The notes under the pieces were generated by a model. The model did no database searches and was not told where the DNA came from. It saw nothing but the letters and a program-made list of their open reading frames with translations. A stretch of 64,000 nt of DNA from Phoronis australis (Eukaryota; Animalia; Phoronida), in assembly GCA_002633005.1 (NCBI GenBank), contig NMRA01000131.1, positions 683,808 to 747,807 on the forward strand, written 5' to 3'. This document shows, piece by piece, positions 24,600 to 34,824 of this stretch. Both the position numbers and the translations under genes were made by a program. How positions within the stretch are numbered: the first letter of the stretch is position 1; every line of letters starts with the position of its first letter.

Positions 24600-24900
24600 A
24601 ACAGTACGCTCGTGTCATGCGCACGCGCCATTTCCTAAATTTTTGCGACAACTTCGCAGCAGCAAAATTTGATCTGAAATTCGTTTTTTCGGTATCCAAA
24701 TTCTAATAACTTATAATGAAGTGAAACTAGTTCCAATAATTTGTTGTGACGTGTACACAACCTCCTGAAAGAACAACAGTTGATTGAAGGATCGGCGAAA
24801 AAAGAAACTGGCCAATAGGTGACGCAGTTTTTCATGGTGCTGAAAGACGACGCACAACTTTAGCAGCAGAATAACGGTAGAACGCCATTTTTCCAACACC
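24600..24900 (+). promoter_or_regulatory. Probable YPEL5 promoter / first non-coding exon region
   Basis: Second CpG-rich patch with TGCGCACGCGC (NRF1-like), CGCCATTT (YY1-like) twice and GGCCAAT. The YPEL5 ATG is preceded by an acceptor, so an upstream 5'UTR exon is required. Confidence 0.4.
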
Positions 24901-25152
24901 GTTAAATAATTCAGTTTACTCAAGGAAGACTGTAGTTTTTAATGATACTAATTTTGTGTCAGATTTTATCTTACCACTTTTTTACCCACATCGGTACAAA
25001 GTCGTATATTTAGTATACAGCGTTGTACTAAGGCTAACCCTGACCTAGCCCTAGCATCACTGCCACTGGGTGCTAACCTGCCTTACCACGAACTGCAAAA
25101 CTCTTACTATGCATCAAAACCCCTTTTTAGTACAGTTGGCACTGGTCGTATA

Positions 25153-25244
25153 TAGAGGTCCCTTATTTTGAGAACCAGTTTCATCCACTGAATAATGGGC
25201 TTGTTTTTCAATAATTGCCTGGTTCTTAAAATCAGGGACCACTA
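25153..25244. mobile_element. Small MITE-like inverted-repeat element
   Basis: tagaggtcccttattttgagaaccag ... ctggttcttaaaatcagggaccacta (26-bp imperfect inverted repeat, TA at both ends). Confidence 0.55.
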
Positions 25245-27896
25245 GATTTGTCCAGTGCATAAAGTTGACCTGAAACAACAAAACATAACTAGGTCCAGGC
25301 CCATAAGAGGGGGGGGGTCACAAACTAATTCGACTTCACCAAAGTACCTCCTCCCCTATTGGCGTTTTTGGTGTATTGTGGTCAAATGTCTTGAAACTGT
25401 TGTGCTGTGCTCAAATATTTTGTGTTTCTTTATAAATTTGGAATCTCAACTTCCTCTCGTGAATACTTGGCAGTGTCAGAATTACATGTGTAGAGGGACA
25501 GAGGGACATAAGTCCCTGGATCTGCCCCACCGAGAGAGGGTCCCATCTGAAATGAGACACATTAAGATGAAAGGCTAAACATCATTAAGCTTGATAAAGA
25601 GTGGCAGTTCATTCCACCATCGTGTGGTCACACAGCAGTGGAGGAAGTGAACTTCCTCAGCACTAAAGCCAGTTGCGCGATTTCTGTAGAAAACAGGAAA
25701 ATAGAGGTAATCGATTCCAACATTGGGCCCTCTGTCCGTGAGCGGCCCCTTAAAAATTTGTCATTAAAAACACAAAAAGATTGGCCACATGAAGATCATC
25801 AATGGCCCCCTTCAATGCCTGGGCCTTTAAATATGAGGAGTGCCGTAATTGATGTTATCTGTCAGGTCATCAATTTTTCTCAAGTGGTATACAATTTCGA
25901 GAAAAAAAAATAAAGCGACAGTTGTCTCCATTATGCGTTGCAAGAGAGGGGCCTCTGGAAAAGTATAGTTTTGTTCACAAATCTGTTTTGATATCAAATT
26001 TAAAAATCCAGTAAATTTATACGCTCTGCAATAGCTTCACTTTACAAATTTTCTTGATTTTTCGAAATATACGTATGAATGTTTAAGTGCACGTTTTTAA
26101 GTGCGTTTAGATGACTTGTGCCACAAAAACAGAGACCCTAACAACCATGTCCTGGCCAGGGCCCTAAAAAAGTAAACCTTGCACTGATACTCAGTTGTTG
26201 AGTGATATCTTAAACATGCTCTCTTACCCCTATTTTGCAGTCTTTCTTTTCTCGACTGTTCCTGGCCCAACGCCTATGTCGGTTGCCACAGTTTAATCCT
26301 GACATCTGCAAATTTTTAAGGGGCATGTGACCCCCCCCTTCCGTGAGGTCACTTCCGCTAAAAACTTTAGTAAAAGTGGCCGAGTGGAGTTCAGGTTCCA
26401 TGGATTGTTATTTCTATGCGATGTTTGGAAAGGGTCCTCATTTGTGGTAAGAGTTGGTTTTTACCCTCCGAAGTATGGTAGTATATGCAAGATCATTTAT
26501 CTAAAACTTCTTGGTCTGTTTTACACCAGCCACTAGCCTGTTTATGTTGACGAGACATTTCAGATGTTGCAGCATTCTTACACACCTCAAAGCAGGTTTA
26601 GAAATCATTAATTGAGATTGTACCAGTTAACAGAAGTACTGTATGTTGGAATGTGTTCTATGATCATACAAGCCTTTAACTATTTCAGATTCTGAATAAC
26701 GTACTGTTCCAACTACTACTTCTGCGTTTGTGACAGATTGCAGCTCAAGAGGTGAATCATTTCTCTTCATTATTACATAATTTATACGCATGTGTATCCC
26801 AGAACTTTGAATAAAGCTGTAGTAAATGTTCATGTCTCTTTAATGTTCACTGACTGCTTTTAATTATCTTCTCAGGTGAGCTAGAGCAAAATTGTGTGTG
26901 TTAGATTCTTGTTGAAAGTATTAGACAAGTGTAGTTTGGAGTTTTTCTGTTTGGAAATGAGCATTTGCATAATAATATGTCACGTTCATCCCTTATATCC
27001 AAAACATACACCGTAAGTTACTGTTGATACACACAGAATTGGTGGCTATGAGAATGACAGCAAATTTGTAATTAAAGGGGCATCATACGTATGGTTTCTG
27101 TCAAAGAACAAGTTTTGATTTGGGCCACTAACAATTATAAAACTAGTCTTGTCTTTTTCCTTACTCAGTTTGGAAGGGATTGCAAGGCTGAAGAACAACT
27201 AACAGCTAATTATGTTTCCATACAAAACTCATTAACTTCGAGGTCTCAGCCTAACCGGAAATTTTATGTGGTCTGAAGAAATGACAAACTGTCATTTCTT
27301 CCAAGCCCGGAAATTACATGTCACTTTTTGTGACTAAAAACAATATGAGCCCAAATTCATTATGGTAAGTAGCCTAAGTTAAAATTTGTTTTTAGAAATA
27401 ACAGGTTTAATGCTGCTTAAATATTCAGTTTTATTTAGAGAGAGAATATTTTAACAATTGGGATTACTAAAATGGTTGATGAGAGTTAATTACATCTAAT
27501 TCAAAATTTGTTACTGGTAATCAGAAATCACCATTTGAAGAATTGACTAAATTTAAACCATCTTGATTGTCTGTCCATATTAAAGCTTAGGTAGTATTAG
27601 ACACGGCAAACTTGTGACTGGCATTCATACATATTCAAACTTGTGATTGGCTCTCATACATAGCCAAACTTCTGGTTCAAATTCAGTAATTGTCATGTGG
27701 CAAGAGCATTTTTGTTTTACTCCAGTAACATTGCTAGCAGATGTTATGCTTCTAATAATATTTTATTAACAGTTGGTTTTTACATATTGATATCTATTTT
27801 GGTGGACCAATCAGGAATCGAGTTATAAATGGTGAAGAACATTTGGATACATATAGCTAAGCACATTTTGAGATTATGTCTTGTGTTACAGTTAAG

Positions 27897-28280
27897 ATGG
27901 GTCGTATTTTCTTGAACCATCTTGGTGGTTCAAGACTGTTCTCCTGCGCAAGCTGCGACACACCTCTGACCAATAAGAAGGAGCTCTTGTCCATCAGGTT
28001 CACGGGTGCGACGGGCCGGGCATTCCTCTTCAGGAAGGTGGTTAACCTGAACTATAGTGAAGTGCAGGACCGCGTAATGCTGACTGGACGTCACATGGTG
28101 CGTGATGTGGCCTGTAAGAACTGCGATGCCAAGCTCGGCTGGATGTATGAGTTTGCCACAGAGGAAAACCAGCGCTACAAGGAAGGGCGGGTGATACTGG
28201 AACGCGCTCTTGTGACTGAGAGCGAAGGATTTGAGGAGCGTATACCACATGACATCCCAACTAACAGTGATCTCAACTGA
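27897..28280 (+). CDS. YPEL5: Protein yippee-like 5, 127 aa, intronless CDS
   Basis: [21 protein letters not shown]...[12 protein letters not shown]...[46 protein letters not shown], with two CxxC zinc motifs. True start is 27897 (acceptor ttacag|ttaagATG); the ORF's 27876 ATG is intronic. Confidence 0.96.
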   Translation: MGRIFLNHLGGSRLFSCASCDTPLTNKKELLSIRFTGATGRAFLFRKVVNLNYSEVQDRVMLTGRHMVRDVACKNCDAKLGWMYEFATEENQRYKEGRVILERALVTESEGFEERIPHDIPTNSDLN

Positions 28281-30834
28281 TGTGTATTTTGTTACCACTG
28301 CAGTTACAGCCAGTATTTGATTTTCTCACAAACATCGACACTTCAGTGTTTTACAGAGTTTTGGTCTGTGGGAACACTTTTAAGTATACAATAATTTCTT
28401 GGATTGAAGGTGGAAGTGCAAGTTTACCTTGCAAGACACGTGGATTTAGCAGTGAAATGTCATGTTTTCCTACAGTGTGAGTCCCTTAAGCTTTGATGTT
28501 GTCCAAATTGTTGGTGAATATTGCTGTTAACAATGGCATGTGTTGCAACAAAATTTGCTTTTCCGAATATTTTCAAATGTTCACCATTCTGCAATTACAA
28601 TCACTTCATTTTTTGATTTATTGTTGTCTTGACCTTCATATTCAAAAAAGTACTTATACTTAAAAACTCGAGTTCAAAATGGCTGAACTACTTTGCGTAA
28701 ACTTCGATGATCCTGGCATCACTGGGTTACAACTCCGATGCTGGTTACATACCAATGGTATTGGGAAAGCATAAGTTAAATTTGCTGTTTACATCGATGC
28801 ACATCGAGTGAGAAAAGGCCTAATTATAGTACTGTTGACAAATTTTAGTGATTCACCATGCAACTGAAACTTTTTTTCTGGACTACTTTCATCTGAAAAT
28901 TGTTTCAAAGCTCTCCGAAACGTCTTTTTGTTTTTATTAAAATTAACAATTTATGATCACACATTAGATTTTAAAGGTCACCGACAGTAAAAAGTAGCCA
29001 AATTGCAAACAGTTTTAAGTTAAAAAATGTACTTTCATTAATTTTTCCTGTCCAAGTTTTTCATGACTTCAAGTATGTTTAATCACAGCATCATGCTTTG
29101 GTCCATGTCTCTGAAGTGTGCTTATTTAACTTATACCAGTGAATGGTCTCTATAATTGAAGTGGTAAATTACAGTACCTTGTGTATCAATGCAATGTAAC
29201 AGAAGTGTTATGAAATTCTATGGTAGTGACTAGTCTGGCAGAGTTAGCGATTGTTTGATTATTTAGTGGATTTAAGGTGGAACTTGTTGTAGTCAGTGAT
29301 AGAGTGTAGAAGAATGTGTGTATAAAACATTGTAGAAATGGGGAGATTTGAGGGTACTAGTTAAGGGCTTACGGTTTACTTCTTACTCTGCAGTATGCTT
29401 TTGAAATGTTGTTTTCAGTCTTGACTTGGTTCGTGGAAGTGGACATGATGCTTAGTTGTTATCGTTTCTTCACAATGTTTATCAGAGCAGCAAATTTGTG
29501 TCTGAACCACAGGTTTTGTCTGCTTGTGAATGTTTTTAACATGTAACAAGTGATGACAGGAAACTGTGTCGGTCTTGGAGCAATGAAAAATAAAGGTCTT
29601 GTGGGGTAAACCTCTCCAAGTTAGGACACAACATGGTGGACAAGAGAAACTTTATTTTTTCATTTTTCTGTATGCTTCTCCATGCTCAGATTCTGTACTA
29701 GAGCTACTGTTATTTTTTCTCCCTATGGCTTTTTTGCTGCAAATAATTTGAGTTGCAGTGTTTGCCTGGGGGTGCGTTTTTCCATCCTTTGATGCAGCTA
29801 ATTTAAAAAGTACTCACATTGGCAACATGGCTGCATCTCTATGGACACAGTTTTATTGTAAGAAGCAAATGCGAAGTAATGAAAATAGCCATTTTGTTTC
29901 TTCATTTATCTTCGGGAGAGGTATTTTCTGTTCATAAAAACTTCAATCAGAATCACTCATTTTTTCATTTTACTCTGTGCAGGTTGCTCTGTGCTAGTAT
30001 GTGTGTTGTGATTTCTGAACCTTCTTCACAAATCCCAAGAAATTGAAATAAACACCCAAAAATTTTGGAAAGTGTGTCCTGTGGACTCCATTGTTTAAAC
30101 TTTATAAAATGCCCTCAGTTGGACAGGTTGGTGGAGTATACCTTATTTTGCAGAGGCAAGTTTCATTATTTGTAGACATTTAAGTTTGTTTGGCAAAAAA
30201 GTTACGAAAAAAGTGTTTTAATATGGGTTTGTGGTCCAAATTCATTTCAACAAGCTAGTTCCAAACTTAAATTTACAAGAATCAGTTGCACGTTTGGGTT
30301 GTATCAGAGGTACGTGGCAGATGTGTTAACACTATTTGCTGGTCAAGGGATGGCGCAAAATGCTTCGTTGAGATGGCTGTGCTTGGAATATTTCGATGTT
30401 GCCACATGTCTTATCATGATTTCAGATGCTCCGATTTTACTGTTCTGTTCAGGTTAACAGTGGTGAAATGACTTTTTACATGTTGGTGCGACATCAGGTC
30501 GATATTGGTTACCTTGTCATATTTGAGAAAAATTATCAGCGACTTGTTTGACCTAGTCATATATACTGTCAGCTTCGCTTGTTGACCAATAAACAGGGAA
30601 CACCTCCGAAAAGCTTTAGTTTTAGAACAAGACATTGAGGTGTTTTCTCTGGTTAAAGCTTGATTAGTGGTGGTAAGAACCCACGTAGTTCTGACGGAAA
30701 AGTATTTTTGTAAACCATTTACCATTGAAATCGTTCTCAAATTGTTGTCTACCCAGATCGGGCTTGATGTTAAATTGCAATTCATTCTTGCTGAAGTTTA
30801 CAGACTTGTTCACTTCATGCACGCGGCTGTACTG

Positions 30835-30908
30835 AAGCCTGGGTTTGCGACTTGATACTAGGGAGGTGTGCTAAAGCCTGGGTTTGCGACTTGATATTAG
30901 GGAGGTGT
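30835..30908. repeat. 39-bp tandem duplication
   Basis: aagcctgggtttgcgacttgata(c/t)tagggaggtgt twice. Confidence 0.85.
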
Positions 30909-31582
30909 TAGTACATTTGCTCTTTGTATAATGCACAACAGACATGCTACTGTATTGGTTAGGTTCAGTTATTGAGTCTAGAACACTGGTGAGGTTTAAG
31001 TGTTGACGGGTTTAACAAAGAGAATGTTTGGAAATATGTCGGAGTTGCGTTCTTTAACCAGTTTCTTTGCTAGAAATGAAAGATCATGCCAGACCACACA
31101 AAATCACAAGTGTGCTCAATCCCTTATTAGTGTAACCAAGCAAAGTGGCAGCCACTGTAAGTGATTGGTCGGCGAGATTGAAAAATACAATGTGAAGTAT
31201 CGTTGCAAACCATCTTGTGGTCTAAAGAACGCCACTCTGGGCCAATTAAAACGAACATAAGGCGAACTTTCGAATTTCTCACTGTTGTTTTCAATTTTTG
31301 AAGCTGTCCAGGTTTTTGATTTTTTAAACCACATTTTGAATTTTACATGTTTGAATATTTTTTGTGGCTAAGAAAGTAAAGTATCTGAACAGGAAGAAGT
31401 TCACAAGCAATTCTGTTGAGAGATTTGCCCCCTTTTGGATCTTTCAGGTAGCCAAAGGATGCTAACAGTTTTAAGTAACACTGAAATGAAAGCAGTCATT
31501 CCAGTTGCTTCAACACTTTATTGAAGCCAACTCTATACAAGTTGGAGTTTTTGTAGCTTGTTATGTGTTTAACTTGTGTGTA

Positions 31583-31628
31583 AATAAATCTTGTCGTCTG
31601 TGCTTTGTATTTTTGTATTTACTTTATT
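31583..31628. terminator. Facing polyadenylation signals (+ AATAAA 31583; - AATAAA 31623-31628)
   Basis: The + signal is followed by a GT/T-rich tract; the - signal lies ~390 nt after the RhoGEF stop. Confidence 0.4.
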
Positions 31629-32013
31629 ACGGTAGTGCTGATTGTTTGGTGTTGAAACAACCTTGAACTTTCAATACAAACTGTATTGCCAAATACCATC
31701 AGTAAAAAATGTGTGAATACAGCATGGCACGTAAAAGAGATCATATTATTAAAGATACATCTGTCACCACGTGACTATGTTTTAAATAAATTAGCAATCT
31801 ATGGTTCTTAACACAGTTTCATAAGCTTTTCAGACCAACTTTTTTAACATCAGACAAAATTCAAAGTTCATGAAGAGTGTGCCTATTGCTAATGTAGCAA
31901 ATCTTGAATAGAAATTCAAACTATTTGAGAATAATCAGCAAAGCATCTACTAATAGATTCCTAAATACACTAAAATAATCCTGAACTACTAATTTAATGC
32001 CATGTGGTAATAT

Positions 32014-34824
32014 CTACGTTTCATGTTGGAATTTTTGTGCCACATTCTTCACATATCCCTTGTGGAGTGTGGCTTCCTCCTCATCATTCATCAGACTGAG
32101 AAGGTCTTCAGGAGGAAGACTGCTGCTTCTCTCTCTCAGCGAGTCTTCCACAAGCATGCTCTGTCGGTCTTTTATTGATGGCAAGTGGGCATCGCACATA
32201 AACGACACTAAAGCATCAGTTTTGTGACTAACTTTAGTCGAATTTTCCAACTGCTTCAGTCTATCTCTAATACCTTCCTTCAGTTCAATCTTTTGTTCGG
32301 GTTTTACATAAGAACAGGATTTTTCCAGATGTCGTAGTCTGTCTTGAATACCCCGCCCAGGTAATTTGTGCCTCATTTCTACTGCACCAGCCGATAGTGA
32401 TCGTTGAACTTCATGATCGTGAATGACTTGCTTCTTGGGCCGTGATCTCCTGGGCCGTTGTTCACTCTCAGAGCTACTAGCTGTTACATTTTCAGGTGAG
32501 TCGGCATCACTATAGACTGCCGAGTCTCGAAACAGATCACTATCTTCTAATGCACTAGAAAGTTTTGTCTCGTAATAATTGTCACTGTTAGATGTAGAGT
32601 TCTTTCCATCTTGCAGACTCAAGTCGGTCTTACTCCCAGCCACCACAGTGCCTTCATCCTCGGAATCCGAGCTACTCAGGTCAGCCAAGGCGTCTAACAA
32701 AGTCGAATCGATGGCTTTGTCAGATTCTGACTTTGGTTTGACATGAGGTACCGGTCGAGCAGGTCGGGCACGACACAATGTATATCCACCAATTACAATC
32801 GGTGGCTGTTTCTCAGCTATACGAGCACCAATGGCCGAACTTCCTGGTTTGCTTAACAACAACATTTTGTTAAGTCGCTCCTCATCTGTGCCATGCATTG
32901 GCAAGTCGCCATCAGATTTCCGAGATATCAGCGTCTTGTTGGCAGCTTTCACCCGACGATTGTACACTCTAGCCAGCTTACTGACGGACTTTTGAATTTG
33001 GTTGATAGGAGTTTGTGTCGTTGCTCGCTCTTCAGTCAAGGAATCTTGAGAATCTGCTGGAGTTACAGAGTTTGGCTGGGAGGTCTTACGAGACAGTTTT
33101 GAAGTAATATTATGAGATATCTTTTTCAGTGAATCAACAAACCGGTCTGTTGAAGATGACCGTCTGTTAGCTGTGTTGTCCACCGAGTGAGACCGCTTAT
33201 GAACGCCACGTCCTCGTGTTGAATTTGTCGTCGCTTCCTGGGACTCGGAGGCTGATGACTGTCTCCTGGCGCGCTCTGGATATTTAGGCACTCTGGCACC
33301 AGTTGGCGACATTTTTATATAACGTTCTATCTCCAGCCATAAATCACGAGTTGAGCGAACTGACGGGGAGGTCTCACCATGTTTGGTACGTTGTCTGGTG
33401 GATGACAGATATGGCTCGTGAGCAGGGGACGACTCCACACTCCTCATACTCTGACTAGGCGACTGCACATTGTCATAGGAACTGGAGTCACTCAAGTTGA
33501 CCGTAGAGTTATTGAAACTCTGGTGTATCACTGTAGCCAGATGCATAGAGTCTGGAGTCATGACCTCTCGTGGTGGGGTAGCATATCGCGTTATTGTCCT
33601 CCTCTGTTCAGCGGTATCAGAGTCACTTAGTGTGGTGTCATTCAACAGAGTTCTTGGTGGTGTGGCTAATCGCTTAATAACATTTCGTTTTTCTCTCTCA
33701 CCAGAAGTTGGAGGTGAATAAGATTCTAGTAAAGCGCTTCGATTTTCAAACACAACATTTTCATAGCTGCCATCGTCACTGCTCCTAGACCTCGCAGCTC
33801 TCCAGGGATTGGATGGCACATCGTAAACATGGTCAACACTAGATAGTCTGCCAATTTTTGGAGTGTAGTCGGGATGAAGTCGAGTTCTGTCCACCGACAC
33901 TCTGTCATAGTGTTCACAGTTAGCCACTGTGTCGTACACTGGCTCCAATGTCCTTAAGGGCACCGTGTCATATATGGGTTCATCAACAGAAGGGTTACCT
34001 AGGACTGCACCAGTGTACACAGTGTCATAGATAGGTTCCTCTGTGCACTTGCGTGGCGTGGAATGACGGACAATATTAGAATCACTGAATCTGTTCACTA
34101 GCACAGGCTGCTTCACTTCAGCATCTGAGAAGAACTTTTTCAACTCGTTAACACTTTTTTTATGCTCTAAACTTTCACGAGTGTGTCGACGAGACTGTGC
34201 AGATCGGGATAGCTGCCATTTTGCCAGTTCCTCAGCGTGTCTATTGGTTATGACACCAGATTCCTGGAGAGGTCTCAGTTCATCGTAAATGCTCCATTTT
34301 GTCTGTGAAGGACTAACTTTTTGTGGTTGAGCCACAACAATATTAGAATAAAGCGACTCCTCATCAGGAAACACCCGCTGGTGATTGTCAACCATCAACT
34401 CTACATAATCACCATGTCGTGCCAGATAGCTCTCGCTATCTGAATCTGTGTCCACCTCAGCACACTCATTCTGAACTGCCAGCTTCGACTGACCACCATT
34501 GAACTTCACCACCTTGGAGTCCAACCTGTGTAAGTCTACTGCCTTCTTGAAGCTCTCAGCCCGCCTGACACGTGTGTTCTGCAGTACAGACGACACCACC
34601 TCCTGGTCCCAGCCTTCCTTACTCAACTGTTCCTCTAGTCCCTCCTCATCTAATACTTGGCTCATTCGTTTGGCTCGACTGGATGCATCATCGTAGCCGG
34701 TTTCTTTCTCCGTCTCTGCCACATCAGTTAGCTTACTGGTCTTGAGAGACTCTAGCGCCAGGTCGTCCAAACTGGTCAGACTCTGGCTTCGATGACGCTC
34801 GGTGGAACGCACCTTCTCCTGTTT
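32014..34824 (-). CDS. PLEKHG1: RhoGEF last exon (long disordered C-terminus)
   Basis: ttctcttccag|AAA CAG GAG AAG GTG; contains the 932-aa ORF. Confidence 0.88.
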   Translation of the reverse strand, partial: KQEKVRSTERHRSQSLTSLDDLALESLKTSKLTDVAETEKETGYDDASSRAKRMSQVLDEEGLEEQLSKEGWDQEVVSSVLQNTRVRRAESFKKAVDLHRLDSKVVKFNGGQSKLAVQNECAEVDTDSDSESYLARHGDYVELMVDNHQRVFPDEESLYSNIVVAQPQKVSPSQTKWSIYDELRPLQESGVITNRHAEELAKWQLSRSAQSRRHTRESLEHKKSVNELKKFFSDAEVKQPVLVNRFSDSNIVRHSTPRKCTEEPIYDTVYTGAVLGNPSVDEPIYDTVPLRTLEPVYDTVANCEHYDRVSVDRTRLHPDYTPKIGRLSSVDHVYDVPSNPWRAARSRSSDDGSYENVVFENRSALLESYSPPTSGEREKRNVIKRLATPPRTLLNDTTLSDSDTAEQRRTITRYATPPREVMTPDSMHLATVIHQSFNNSTVNLSDSSSYDNVQSPSQSMRSVESSPAHEPYLSSTRQRTKHGETSPSVRSTRDLWLEIERYIKMSPTGARVPKYPERARRQSSASESQEATTNSTRGRGVHKRSHSVDNTANRRSSSTDRFVDSLKKISHNITSKLSRKTSQPNSVTPADSQDSLTEERATTQTPINQIQKSVSKLARVYNRRVKAANKTLISRKSDGDLPMHGTDEERLNKMLLLSKPGSSAIGARIAEKQPPIVIGGYTLCRARPARPVPHVKPKSESDKAIDSTLLDALADLSSSDSEDEGTVVAGSKTDLSLQDGKNSTSNSDNYYETKLSSALEDSDLFRDSAVYSDADSPENVTASSSESEQRPRRSRPKKQVIHDHEVQRSLSAGAVEMRHKLPGRGIQDRLRHLEKSCSYVKPEQKIELKEGIRDRLKQLENSTKVSHKTDALVSFMCDAHLPSIKDRQSMLVEDSLRERSSSLPPEDLLSLMNDEEEATLHKGYVKNVAQKFQHET

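Noticed and set aside
25034-25054. Telomere-like ctaaccctgacctagccctag
   Set aside because: Only three degenerate units; common in repeat remnants.
25290-26360. GC-rich patches (gggccc, G/C runs) upstream of YPEL5
   Set aside because: They look like decayed DNA-transposon fragments, but no paired termini could be defined.
27876-27896. N-terminal extension MSCVTVK on YPEL5
   Set aside because: It spans a splice acceptor; the conserved protein starts at MGRIFL.
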